A stretch of DNA of 64,000 bases from Octopus bimaculoides (GCF_001194135.2 NC_068981.1:178431771-178495770); one strand, 5' to 3'. Positions 24,297 to 37,647 are shown, numbered from the stretch's first letter. Notes: generated from the letters alone by a model not told the origin. Made by a program: numbers and translations.

Positions 24297-25189
24297 GTGA
24301 GTGAAGTTTTTTTTTTTTATTAATATCTTTAACAGTATTTATTTTCTAAGTAATCTCATAAGGTAATGTGCACAAAATATATTTCCTCTGAGATTTTTGA
24401 TAATTTAAAATAATTTTTATGATTCTTTTGTATGTCTGTTTTACAAAAAGCTTAAATGTACTTTCTAATATATAAATATGTTATGTTTGTATTTGTCTTG
24501 CTTTTATTTTTATTTTATTTAAATTAATATTGGTTAAGTTATAGTGGGTGAACCCCTGCCTAAAAATCTGAATCATATTTAAGGCATTTTGATATACAAA
24601 GGGAAATCTGAATGGAATGTAGTTGACTAAACATTTTTTTGTCAATTTAGCATGTGATACTAACAAGGTACTATTGACATTGTCTTTGAAATTTTGTTAC
24701 TTATAAACATTGAATATCTTATTTCATATAAGGTGACTTAATCTTTAATTGTTCAAGGTTAAAACTTCTTGGTGTATTGGTAGTTGTTTAACAAGATTAT
24801 TTAATAATAGTTAATTTAAAGTTCAAACAAATGTCAAGATACTGTGTAATGAAACATCTATTTGTTGCTGAAGTTATCTTTTTTTATTATCTTACGTAAA
24901 ATTTACAAATTGCATTTGTGGGAACGTAGGCAGTTCATATAGCTATTAAACCCTTTGCCTGTCCAAAGCATTTTCATAAGTTTGTCCTAAACATTCATGC
25001 TCGTTTTCAGACTTCTGGTTAGTTCTTGTTTCATATATTCTGAGTATTATAAAGCTTTCCTTTCAAAGTCCCAAGTTACCCTAGCAGTTGTGAAACATTT
25101 GGAATGGCATCCATGCATCATATATGGTGCATGGACACCAAAGAAATATGTCCTGTGTTTCACATATGATGTACAGGACAGGTAAAGGA

Positions 25190-25468
25190 CAGGTTAGAGT
25201 ATTCAGCTCAGAATCTTAAGGTTATGAGTTCAATTCCCAGTGGTGCACTGTGTCCTTGAGCATGACACTTTATTTTCATGTTGCTCCAGTCCACTCAGTA
25301 AAAATGAGTAGTCACACTCTGTGTCATGCTGAATCTCATTGAGAACTACGTTGAGTACACATGTCTGTGGAGTGCTCAGCCACTTGTACATTAATTTCAT
25401 GAGCAGGCTGTTCTGTTGATCAGATCAGCTGGAACCCTTGTTTTTGTAACCAATGGAGTGCCAGTTAT
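25190..25468 (+). mobile_element. tRNA-derived SINE (family E), diverged
   Basis: GAGTTCAATTCCC B-box-like motif, GTGTCCTTGAGCATGACACTT core-like motif, (ATT)n tail. Confidence 0.55.
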
Positions 25469-27499
25469 TATTATTAATTTAATTGTAGTTTGAATTTGAT
25501 AAATTGTATTGTATTTTAAGGAATGGCATTTCAATAATCTGATGTGTAGTGAAATAAATTGGGATGGGAAAGATTGGTATTGTTATTGTATTTATGTAAT
25601 GTAGAAATATATAAAAGTGATAGGAGTTGTATAGGCAGAATATGGAGAATATCACAGAAAATCATAGAATATGGAGAATAAAGTGAAAATAGTAGATATT
25701 AGTTTAATTGGAGATAAAGAGTAGCTTACAAATTCTGAACTGGAGGCAGAAAGAGAACTTTATTAAGGAAGGTTTTATTGATTGAACAGATGTCTGTGAT
25801 TGGAGGTGGCACAACTCCTAAATATGAGAATGCAATGTCATAAGGTCTCAGGTTTTAGCTGTTACTGATAAGATGAATGATAATCTTGTTAATTTTAACT
25901 GAAGTAATTTAGGAAAGAAAAAAAAAACGTTACTACTAGGTCCAAGGAAGTCCTGTTAAATTGGTTGACATACAAGTTGTTCTGCTTGTCCTGAACAAAA
26001 GTAATGAATATTTAGAAGTGAAAAAATATTGTTATTGTTCTGTATAATGAGTGTCTTTATTTTGTCAATTATTTAAATTCATTTTGAGTATTAATAAAAT
26101 TTTCATCAGCTCTTTCGGCTAGTCTCCAATGTTTTTATAGTCTTTCACTGATTCCCATTTTTAATTTGTAAATTTTCATATTCTTATGTCTTGTTTAATT
26201 TTGAAAACAATAAGAATTTGGAATGAATTAGTTAAATAACTAATTTTTATGTGCATTTCTATATCAAATTGGTGTTTTTAACATAAGGATAAAATGTTAT
26301 TGCATAAAATTATGATGGAAAGTTCTGATTTAATTGTGCATACTTCAAAACAAGATTTTAGTTTGCATCCAAGAACCAAATGAGCAAAATACTTAAGATT
26401 TACTTTAACCATTATCAAGGGAGGATTCATTGATAGAAAAAAGTTTTAAAAGTTTATCTTTAGAAACAAAGACTGACTCAGTTAATTTCCCAAATAATTT
26501 AACTTTCAGTTATTCTGAGAGAATTTATATTGAAGTTTAACAGAGTAAGAACATATATTGAAACATATAGAAATAGGATCATAAAAGAATTAGCGACATA
26601 AAAAGACCTTTTAGCAATCTTTTACATTTTTCTGGATATACTTGGTTATTTTCAGCATTATCAAATACAACAGGATGCTTGCATGTTTGCTATTTTGAGT
26701 GCATGCTTAAAATATTTCTCTTATATTTCACAATAAATGTTTTTTCATATTCTTTTTAAATAAAGTTGTGGTGTTGGTGGCTTTTATATTTTATTTGCTC
26801 TTCACCCAGAACTTGTCTTTTTGGTGTTTTATATAAATTTTTGCTTTGGACATTCAGTTTAAGAATTTTAAAATCAAATCTGAAATCTCAACACTTAATT
26901 GTACTGTTACTTGACAAATTTCTTGTCATTAATTTATTTCATCCTGAAGCATTGCTTTCTCTTTTTTTTTTTTTCACAGTATTGGTTACTGTGATAGTGA
27001 TGACCACTGTTTTGTTCAATCCTCATTCAGAAATGAGTCCTGTTGAAATTTTTGTATTGGTACATGCACAGTTAAAAGAGTTGTGCAATGTATTTGTTTG
27101 CTGATGTCTAATCTATATGTATAATCAGGATTTATCTTAGCTCTTAACAGTCGGACACATAGAGGCATCGTGTGCATGCACAAACTTTTTAAGTTAGAAT
27201 GATAAGGGCAGTGTAAAAATGCCATCATCAGATGTGGGGCTAGATTTCATATATATATAAATAATAATAATATTAGGGATAAAATCCAAAATTACAGGTA
27301 AAAACTCAATTAAAATCAATTTATTAAAAATTGAAATTAAATTAAGTTTCACAGAGTAAAATATATATAAATATATAGATACAGATGAACAAGGCAACAA
27401 TATTTACTGGAAATAGCAGTCGATACAAATACAACGCTATTGTAAAACTTCACTGCGTATATACATTCAAATATATATACATACCTGTATGTGTGTGTT

Positions 27500-27548
<49 letters not shown>

Positions 27549-28629
27549 NNNNNNNNNNNNNNNNNNNNNNNNNNNNNNNNNNNNNNNNNNNNNNNNNNNN
27601 NNNNNNNNNNNNNNNNNNNNNNNNNNNNNNNNNNNNNNNNNNNNNNNNNNNNNNNNNNNNNNNNNNNNNNNNNNNNNNNNNNNNNNNNNNNNNNNNNNNN
27701 NNNNNNNNNNNNNNNNNNNNNNNNNNNNNNNNNNNNNNNNNNNNNNNNNNNNNNNNNNNNNNNNNNNNNNNNNNNNNNNNNNNNNNNNNNNNNNNNNNNN
27801 NNNNNNNNNNNNNNNNNNNNNNNNNNNNNNNNNNNNNNNNNNNNNNNNNNNNNNNNNNNNNNNNNNNNNNNNNNNNNNNNNNNTTATATATTTATATATT
27901 TGATCCTTTATATTGAACATTCAATATTTCATCTACATTCAATACTTTCTTTCATGGTGCCATCCATTTTTATTTTATTTTATTTTATATTATATATTGT
28001 ATATTATATTATATATTGTATATTCCATATTCTATACCCCACATTGGTTCTGCAGGAATATAAATAAAACATAAAAAACAGACAGTGTTGGAACTCTTTT
28101 AAACAAAATAATATATTCCTCTATACACAATCATACAAAAAACCCCACCTTTTTTGTATTTATTTTTACTCGCATATATATATATATATACACACACACA
28201 TGATTACGTATAGATATAGATACATGTATAAAATACACACATACATTCATGCATACACGCATACACAACTTTTCTACTGTCAGCAGGCAGATTTTGCCAC
28301 ATCAAACAAAGTAAATATACAGAAACTATGAAATATTTACTTTTGGCGAAATGAAATAAACTCCTGCTTTAATGCACATAACTGCTAAAATATGAGTCTT
28401 TCATGTAATAGTCTTCAGATTAAATATTTGACAGATAGAATTTAAAAAAAAATGTTTTTCATATGATTTACGAAGATATAATTAAGAAAAGAAAAGATCT
28501 CTTTTATGGACACAATTGTCAAGTCCGAACATTTCAGATTTTATTATTTTCTTTCACCTACTATCTGCTTTTATTACCATTGGTGCATGGCTGATTGGGA
28601 AGCTGTACTAACAAGCCCATTGCTTTCAG

Positions 28630-28746
28630 GTATGAGGAGTACTTTGGTGCTGGTAGTTACGATGACTATGAAAATTATAGTCGTCCAAGTCGAGAGCAAT
28701 CTCGTACACACACCCCATTACAAGAACCCTCGTCTCGAGGACCTAT
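28630..28746 (+). CDS. SEC16: SEC16 exon: YEEYFGAGSYDDYENYSRPSREQSRTHTPLQEPSSRGP
   Basis: TTTCAG| and |GTAAGT; 117 nt, phase 2-2. Confidence 0.8.
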
Positions 28747-29728
28747 GTAAGTTTTAACCCCTAATTTTTGTTGCTTATTTGTTTTTTCTGTATATTTTTG
28801 TAACTGTTTGGTTCAGTTTTTTTTTTTTTGAGATTTAAATTGTGTGTATATGTATGTGTGTATCTATGTGTTTGTGTATGTATATGGAGTATTACTCAGT
28901 AGGGAACTGAGAAGATTATAATTCAAATTAGTACTCAGTACATGTGTTGAGTAGAATGGATGTATTCATTTGTTAGCAAAAAGACCCTATGGAAAGCTCA
29001 TTCTGTTTCAGTGGGTCCAGTTATAGTAGTCAAACTCATTAGGCATGAATAACTGCTATGCATATTGAATGTGACTAGTGCTGTATATCATAGAGTGTGT
29101 GTATGTTTGTATGTATGTTTAATTTTGGTGATGGGTTTAATTGTCGCTAATGTATGTGTTTTGGCTTATGATCAGTTGGGTGTGCATGTCTGTGAGTGTG
29201 GCTAGTGTAGCTCTATAGTGTTAGTTCATAAACAAACATGCACACACACACACACACACACACATGAGAAATTTGTTATTCATGCTTTGACTAAAAAGAC
29301 AAGTGAACTAGCTGAAGTAGTTTTAATTAAAACAGGTTTCTAATACAACGTTGTTGTTGCTGTTGTTGTTATTAATTAGCTCTGACTGTGAGGAAGTGGT
29401 ATAACAAGTAATCTTGAGGGAAAATATAAACAGATGACATCAAGATTTGGGTTGGAAAACTGATCAGAGAGAAAAATAAAAGCAAGCAATTTCAATATTC
29501 TAGAACATGCGAAGGGGATATTTGGAATGCATATGGGAGTTTGCAGCCTAGATGTTTTTTTTATGCAAACTATTTTTCTCCCTGCAATAATATAAAATTA
29601 TTAAAGTGGCTAGATGCAATTTAAAACCAAAAGGCACAAATACAATCATCACTAAAAGTGACTAAGGGTGCAAGTTAGCACCAGCATCGCTAGAAATAAG
29701 AGTCAAAATAACTCTTAGCCATGAATAG

Positions 29729-29732
<4 letters not shown>

Positions 29733-29823
<91 letters not shown>
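29733..29823 (+). repeat. (CA)n microsatellite, about 45 units
   Basis: Read directly from the sequence. Confidence 0.95.
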
Positions 29824-29825
<2 letters not shown>

Positions 29826-31180
29826 CAACCATATTTTGCAGAATGGAAGACGCTGCATTGTGGAAGACACATCCTGATTTTGGAAATATGATTTACTATT
29901 TTAAGATGTTTCAGCTTTAAAGCTGCAGTCATGCTGGAGCACCACCGTTTGTGATTCTTGGCAAAAAAAAATTTGTTTATACTTACCAAAGCCCCATCCA
30001 TCCACATGCTTGGGCAGTGCCTGGTAGGTACACACTAAATGCCTGTTATCAGACAAAATTGGCAGGCAAAACCAGTGGAGTGCTTATGCTCATCATTGAA
30101 CAAAATCATGAGACAGTGTCCACCTACCTGGTGGTTTGGTGCTGGATGTCATTGTAGTACACAACAATATGCTCTTTACTTTAACTGTCCTGCAGTTATG
30201 CATGTGACTACCATAGTGATTGTACCATGCTCACCACTGCTGACTGTCTATCAATGCCTGGTTTTGGCCACTGCTCACCACCCTGCTGATTTCAGAAAAT
30301 CTTTACAACAACTTAACTAAAATCATAGAAGATGTATAGTAATTTTCATGTATAGTTTTTACAAAAAAAAATTGCATTTTCCATGCTGCAAAATATGGTG
30401 TACATACTTGCATGCATGCATCTATCCATCCATACACACACACCGTCCAACCCATGTCAGACTGTCCAACCCATGCCAGCATGGAAAGTGGACATAAATG
30501 ATGATGATTATATACATATATATGTACACGTATGGTGTTGCACTTTGGGCTAGTGTGTTCTACTGCAGTCTTAAATTGACCTATTTTTTTTTTGTCAGTG
30601 TAATCAGTGGATGGAAAGGATGGGAACTCTCTGCATATAATATATATATGTGTGCACTCACATGTCTGTGTATCTGTGTGTACGTTTTATTTCTGTATCC
30701 TCACATGAAAAGTGTCTAGAAAAAAAAAAAAATGGTGACATTTGTTGACATTCTCTGCTAACATATTATTCTGTAAATCTGTGTTTTCAAAAACAAGTGG
30801 AATTTAAAAAAAAAAGTATCCATCATGTAAAAACAGATAAAGGTTAGCCGCAGAAAGGGTATCCAACTGTAGAACATTGCCTCAGTAGGTATTTGTCCAG
30901 AACATGCTAACATGGAAATTGATGTAAAATGAATGAATGATTGGATGAATAAATATACATACATAATTTCATGTGTTGCATGCACACGAATATGCATACN
31001 NNNNNNNNNNNNNNNNNNNNNNNNNNNNNNNNNNNNNNNNNNNNNNNNNNNNNNNNNNNNNNNNNNNNNNNNNNNNNNNNNNNNNNNNNNNNNNNNNNNN
31101 NNNNNNNNNNNNNNNNNNNNNNNNNNNNNNNNNNNNNNNNNNNNNNNNNNNNNNNNNNNNNNNNNNNNNNNNNNNNNNNN

Positions 31181-31222
<42 letters not shown>

Positions 31223-32067
31223 TTGTATACATATATCCATCCATCCAGCTATACACACACACACACATCTTTACTTCAATCTCTGGATCATTTGCTTTTT
31301 ATTTTTTCCTATTTTCTATTCTTGTTAATGCACAAAGTATGTCTTCACAATATGGCTGGTATTTTATTTATCACACATTTCACCAACTGTGAATGTTTTC
31401 TCTTGAATTAACCCTGATGTTGCATGTGTTGTTCAACAGGTTAGGTGCATTTATTGACATTTAAAGTTTTCCTGTTTCCTTTTTTTTTTTTTTGCCTTCT
31501 TGAAATCCCATTTCTGATTTACTGGAAATGGAATTCCAAGAAGCAAAATAATTAACAGTTAAGGATAGTGAAGAAAGAGGTGTACTTACATATTCAAAAC
31601 AAATACTAAGTTTTATGCCATAATGTTTTTATGCCAATGTCTTATGAACTGTTGTTATTTTATTTCTTCATATAAATCTTTACTTTGAAGTAAACTTTAC
31701 TGTTCTTTCAAGGATAAGATGTTCATAAATAACCATGTTCACTTGGTTATGTATGAATATCACTAAAATAGTAAAAAGCATTGTAATGATTGTTAGCTAC
31801 TTACTACTTATAAAAGAAGGAATATGGTTTGTTTTGCTTTAATTTATGGAAAGATATTGCTGTATATACATATATCTGCAAGATTTAAGTCAAAACTACT
31901 TTGTTGATTAAAAAGAAAAGAAAAAAAAAAGGAAATTTTGCAGGTTTTGGGGATTATAAAGAAAAAAATTCGTGGCTATTTTAGTTTCATTGTGTATATT
32001 ACATTTCTGTTTACATTCTTTGAAACTTAGTTTGAAATTGCTATCTCTTTCCTGTCTCTATTTATAG

Positions 32068-32159
32068 TGTTCCTGGTCAGTATAGCTCTCTTCCAGAAAT
32101 GTATGACTATGAGGCCTATTACAATTACTATGAAACTGCAGACTGGCCAACACCTGAAG
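32068..32159 (+). CDS. SEC16: SEC16 exon: (I)VPGQYSSLPEMYDYEAYYNYYETADWPTPE
   Basis: Pyrimidine tract ending TTTATAG| and AG|GTAAAA; 92 nt, phase 2-1. Confidence 0.78.
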
Positions 32160-32362
32160 GTAAAACTTTATTTTGTCCATATAATTACAGTTTATAACAG
32201 TTTTCACTTTTCTGCTCATTTTTTTTTATTGTTGTTTCTACAAATAAGTCATTAACAGTCATTTGACTTTGAGAGATGTCATTGTAAATGGAACTGATGA
32301 ATGTTATCTGGGGTAGTCCTAACTGAACAGAGCAATGATCAAAGACATTCTAGCCATGATCA

Positions 32363-33116
32363 GGGAGAATTCACAAAAAAAGAAAAAAACAACAAGGACA
32401 GGTGGTGTTGAAAACAAATAGATGTATTAGTATAACGCTTGGGAATTGAGAAAGTCTTTAACGTTTTGAGCCCTACGCTCTTCTACAGAAAGGAACACGG
32501 AAAGAAACAAGGAGAGAAAAAAATGTGTGTAATGGTCAGCGAATGCCGGACAGAAGGGTCACACAGGAGAGTTAAGAAGGGGAGATAACAAAGAAGTAGT
32601 GATCCCAAAACAAAGGTGTGTGTGTGTGTGTGTGAGAGAATGCTGGTGATCTTAATGTATGCGTGTGTGTATGTAGGTGTGAAGGTGTGAAAATGTGGGG
32701 ATGAGAATTGGTCAGTGTTGGTGTGTGCGTGGTGGTGTGTTGTGATGTGATGGGTTGTGTGGTATGGTGTAACGTGGTGTGGTGTGATGGTGTTAGGAGG
32801 TTGGGGAGGTGAAAGTGGGGAAAGCACGGGTGTGGTGTGGGTTAGGCTGGGGGTGGGGGTAGAGGTGGGGGTATGTGGGAGAGGGTGTAGGGGATTTTCA
32901 ACACCCCTTGTTTTCGTCTGTTGTTTTTTTGTGAATTCTCCCTATACATATTACACACTCACGTGGTCGCACCAGTTGATCCTGTCTCCTCTCATCACCC
33001 ACAAACTTCTGGACTCTCTACTTTTCTTACTCTTTTGGACTTTTAGTCTGTACTTTGTACACTCTGGCTGCACCTCTCCTGCTTATGGATTACTGGACCT
33101 ATCTGTTGATAAGAAA
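32363..33116 (-). mobile_element. 754-bp non-autonomous Penelope-type insertion with 12-bp TSD
   Basis: TAGCCATGATCA at 32351-32362 and 33117-33128; 32363-32415 recurs inverted at ~32895-32942; GCTCAAAACGTT motif like Penelope pseudo-LTRs; GT-rich microsatellite core. Confidence 0.6.
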
Positions 33117-33189
33117 TAGCCATGATCATCTTGTCTTGATTGAAATTTGGCTCTAATTTCTAGCAGGTTGAGCAATCATATAGAAGCTT

Positions 33190-33757
33190 CGGATCTTTTT
33201 TAAAACGGGGGCCACATTTTTCATTAACGAAACACTTTGAAACTTGGAACACTGGTAGAATGTGTCATATAAAACATCTTTTTCTCTTAGTCTTCTTAAA
33301 AAAAAAAGAAATCCCTAAGTTATTCCATGTTAAAGTTGTCGTATTTCTGTAATTTCAACCAATCACTGACGTCCATTCAGCCAATATACATTAAGTGCCG
33401 ACTACATAAACAAACGATTCTGAAACAATTCTATCGGTGATAGGGTTAGGGTTAGGGTTAGGGTAAAACAGCAAATTTAAAAAGAAAAAAAGCAAAACGA
33501 AGTTATGGAAATTAAATACGCTTTACACCGTTTAATCAGCCAAAGGAGTAAATGTAAACAACTGAATACTTGTCAGTGATTGGTTGAAATTATCGAAATA
33601 AGACAATTTTTTACATGAAATATATTCAAATACAAAAATATTTTTCTGTTCTATAACACAAAATAGATAAGTATACGAAGTTTGAAAGTCTTTCGGTACC
33701 AAAAACACTACGTAAAACATTAATGAAAAATGTGGCCCCCATTTTAAAAAAGATCCG
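33190..33757 (-). mobile_element. 568-bp MITE, same family as 19865, opposite orientation, 6-bp TSD (AAGCTT)
   Basis: AAGCTT|CGGATC ... GATCCG|AAGCTT; interior is the reverse complement of copy 1; carries TAGGG(TTAGGG)3. Confidence 0.9.
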
Positions 33758-34032
33758 AAGCTTCTTCATTGGAACTGATAATTTAGTATTTAGGCCCTCA
33801 ATATTTGATGATTTAACTATTTTGTCTATTTTGTAGCATTCTAATGAAATAACTTTACATACTGTGGACCACCTTTTGTGCTTTTCTGGGGTTGATCATA
33901 TTTGCTATCTCTATGTACATATGTTTAGGATGAGTTTCACATAAGTAGTTAAGGCATTTAACAATGTTGAAAAAAAAACAATTTTTTAAAATTGTTTTTT
34001 TTTTTCACCTCTGTTTTCAACATTATTTCTAG

Positions 34033-34237
34033 AAACTTCAGGTCGAATGACCCCTGCAAAGTTTTTTACAACTCATACTTGTGCTGTGTTTGGCCCAAGT
34101 GGCCAACTTATCCATGTGCCTGCAAACTTACCGTCTGATGGTCAGCCAGCTACAGTTGAAATCATGAGTGTAGAAAATGTTTTGGCAGACCAAAAAGAAG
34201 CTGAAGAACTACACAGTTTCCCAGGACCTTTAATAAG
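34033..34237 (+). CDS. SEC16: SEC16 exon: ETSGRMTPAKFF...VFGPSGQLIHV...VEIMSVE...LHSFPGPLIR (start of central conserved domain)
   Basis: TTTCTAG| and AG|GTATGT; 205 nt, phase 1-2. Confidence 0.92.
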
Positions 34238-34798
34238 GTATGTCAAAAATTACGAAGAAAATGATTCTGGATTTTAGTGTCATTGTTTGTTGACGAAAAT
34301 TGTATAAATAGTCTCATTTAGGAATTTGAATGTTAGTAAAGAAAAACAAGGTTTGTTGTTTTAGTTCTTTAATATGTTGGAATTTTAAATCTCAGCTGTT
34401 GAAGCAAACATACTTTATAATTTGATTAGGTGTTATTTATATAGTGGAAAGTAGTGTGTAACATTTGAAATAAGATATTAATGATCCTTGTAGTGGAATT
34501 ACTGGTATAAAGTTTATTAAAAAGTTTGAGACAGACATTAATCTTCAAAATGATAGGATGATGATAACATGATTTATCAAAATTGTGAAAATAAAATCCC
34601 TATAAAACCAGAGTAAAATAAGAAAGTTATAAGATTTTAAAATAGAACTGAAGTTGATGAGGTGATTGTTTAAATCATACAAAATTTATAAGCTATCTTA
34701 AACTTTAGACATTATCTTAATAGGTTTTTTCTAAAATGTTGATTATAGTATTGTGTGAAATTTCTTCAACTGTTTTCTTATAACTATGTTTTTTCCAG

Positions 34799-34937
34799 AG
34801 GAGAAACCCACAAGAATGATGTGTTACTATTTTGTCAATCTAAAGTGAAAGAGTATGGTGAAAATATCAGAATGACTGATAGAGAATCTGCAATTTTATT
34901 GTGGAAATTTCTTGAGCTTCTTATTAAACAAAATGGC
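34799..34937 (+). CDS. SEC16: SEC16 exon: GETHKNDVLLFCQSK...RESAILLWKFLELLIKQNG
   Basis: TTTTCCAG| and |GTAAGT; 139 nt, phase 2-0. Confidence 0.93.
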
Positions 34938-34990
34938 GTAAGTATTCTCTCTCTCTCTCCCCGTATATGTACGTACATGCACAAGTACAT

Positions 34991-35021
<31 letters not shown>

Positions 35022-35865
35022 TACATACATGCATACATATATATACATATGGCTGTGTGGTTAAGATGTTTGCTTTGCAACTACATGCTATTAGGTTCTG
35101 TCCCACTGTGTGGTATCTAGGGTCAGTGTCTTTATTACAGCCCTGGACCAACCAATGATACCATGTGAGGGAATTTGGTTGATAGAAATTTCACAAAGCC
35201 CTTTGCATGCACATACACACATGTGCAAATGTTCATACATTCTACACTTATCAGTACTTGAATGAAGTGGTGCTGATGTTGACATCATGACCGATCAGTC
35301 TCTGCTTTCAAAGATCTATGGAATAAAAAAAAAAAAACAGGAATTGACAATGGTAAGAGCACATGGCTGTAAAATCCTGCCTCAAATATATTTCTGTTTA
35401 AATTCATGCTAACATGGAAAGACTTATATTTCAACTTAGGTTGAAACATCAGTTTTTTTTTTTCCCCATCATAGATACTTTCACAATGTGTCACTATCTG
35501 TGATGATGAATATATGAGATGAGGAAAGTTGTCTGATGTCAAACAAACAATTTTTTCAAGCATGTTTTTGGTTTTATAAAGCATATTCTCACTTTTCTAT
35601 ATTTTATATGTGGATATTATGTGTCAGAGGTTGTGATATTAAAATTAGTGGATTACTGAACATGAGTCTTACATTTAACCAAACCTTGATACAAGTGTTG
35701 TTTATTCATAAGTGAGGAGAATCAAACCATGTACCTCTTAAATTACAGTTGAGCGCTGTGTACCCTTAAACTAAGCAGCCGCAGTCTATATTGTTTTGTA
35801 TTGTATGAAATAGTGATAGACATTCTAATCATTTATGTTACTGTTTTTACAAATCATATTTTCAG

Positions 35866-36108
35866 ACAATTGTTGGAACAGATATTGCAGATTTACTTCT
35901 TGAAGATCATGTACCAAATACATCTGATTATGGAGACGGTGAATCTAAAGCGGAGAGTGAAAGAGAAAGTACCCAGTCTCCAGCAACACAAGAGAACAGT
36001 GCTCTCCAAATGACAACTACCTCAGATAGAGTTTTAGTAAACCGCAGCATGGACCTGAATGAAAAAACTGATCGGTTTAGAAATCTTTTACTGTATGGTA
36101 GGAAAAAG
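35866..36108 (+). CDS. SEC16: SEC16 exon: TIVGTDIADLLLEDH...TDRFRNLLLYGRKK
   Basis: TTTTCAG| and AAG|GTATAT; 243 nt, phase 0-0. Confidence 0.93.
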
Positions 36109-37204
36109 GTATATAATTCATTTGTTCTCAATGGTTATTTTTTAGTCCATCCGAAATGAAAAACTATTTTTTGAAATAATTGTCAAGTTGGTAAATGATG
36201 GCTGTGATGAGATATTTTGTTTCTGCATTACTATTTTTATTTTGTAAAGATTGTTATTGAAATTTATATAGCTGTTGACTTCAACTCAAGACTTGTTTCT
36301 TTAGTTTTCTGTTAGCAACCTCATATTATATCTCTTTAAGTTTATCATTCAGTTTATTCAATTTCAGAGATAAAATGTTCTTCAATACTTTATGCTTTAT
36401 TATTTTCATATACTGTATATACTTGTCATGTTCAACCTCCATGCCTTTTATTTTTTCGCCTGACAATCATAGACTTATCGTTTACACTTTGTAATGTTCA
36501 AGTCTGGATTTTAAAGTCAGCAGTAGGAGATTCAGTATGTGCAATTTGAATTTTTGTTATTCTAATATGTTTTCCATTAGTGTAAGCATAAGGAAAAACT
36601 GATTGTGTAGCCTCAGGCTTTCTTGGTGTATGCACTCCTTTTCCTCTTCTGTTATCTTTTTACTACTTCTAACTTTTATTCTAATGAGGCAGCCATTTGA
36701 AAATGCTTTCCTCACTGTTATCACTTGATTGAATATGCTTCAGAGGCATTATTTACTCCTTATTCACCCACAAGCATAGGGAAGATAAGTAGAGAGTATT
36801 GCTCTACTTGTCCTTTGCTTGAGATATGTTTCATGTGCACCTAGCAGAAACTGTTAAAGTTATCTGAGAAAGTAAAACTGATGTCACAGTTATTCCAAGT
36901 AGATTAACCAGTACTTCACAATCACTTGATATTTGGATTTACAAACCATTTAATGATAGAATTAAAAAAAAAAAGTAAAATGACTGGATGATTAATGGGG
37001 AGAAAGTATTCAGAAGGGAGTGGTGCTGTGTGAGTGCCATGTTTTGTCTGTGTGGTGTACGCTTCTGCATGAGAGATGTGTAGGAAAATATCAATTAAAA
37101 AATTGTTATGAAATCTTTTCTATACAAATATAGATTTGGTATTTTGAAAATATTTTTTTATTTAAAACAAATCTAAATGAGACTTTATTTTTTTTTTTTT
37201 ACAG

Positions 37205-37302
37205 GAAGCTTTACGATGGGCAACAAAAAATAATCTTTGGGGTCATGCCTTGTTTTTAGCCAGTAAAATGGATAACAGAACACATGCAGAAATTATGACA
37301 AA
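37205..37302 (+). CDS. SEC16: SEC16 exon: [33 protein letters not shown]
   Basis: Poly-T tract then ACAG|, and |GTATGT; 98 nt, phase 0-2. Confidence 0.95.
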
Positions 37303-37647
37303 GTATGTTTGATATTGTCGTTTTCTAATGAAATAAAATTACTTTTATCCTAAATTAACAAGAGTAAAATTGTTGAATGACTTAACAAAATGTGTGATTG
37401 CTTGAGAGTAACAGTGCAGCAGTACAGCTGTAATAGTTTGGCTCCTATTATGGCATGGGCTTAACGTTTTAATTGATTCTGTATTAAAGAAAGTAAAAAT
37501 GTAACNNNNNNNNNNACAAAAAAACAAACAAACTATCCTATCTACATAAATTTAATTATAATAACAATAAAAATAAAACGTCTAAGTCTTATGAGGTGAG
37601 ATCGAGGTGGGAACTATTGTAGAGTTTTAGTTTTCATATTAATTCTT

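Noticed and set aside
26766-27104. 112-aa hydrophobic ORF resembling a membrane protein
   Set aside because: T-rich intronic sequence yields F/L/V codons by chance; non-ATG start and no motif.
27385-28067. Long ORFs full of X (also around 4351, 30758, 45228 and 48058)
   Set aside because: Artefacts of N-gaps (4391-4545, 27549-27883, 31000-31180, 37506-37515, 45376-45552, 47218-47227, 48105-48427). The exon phases join without needing hidden exons, although frame-symmetric exons inside gaps cannot be excluded.
29835-30310. Possible pogo/Tigger-like relic next to the (CA)n run
   Set aside because: Only vague terminal resemblance; no TIR pair, TSD or transposase motif found.
32483-33119. His/Thr-rich and Gly/Val-rich ORFs
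   Set aside because: They come from the GT-rich microsatellite core of the Penelope-type insertion.
33440-33464. (TTAGGG)3 as an interstitial telomere or chromosome-fusion scar
   Set aside because: It is internal to a MITE and is present in shorter form in the second copy.
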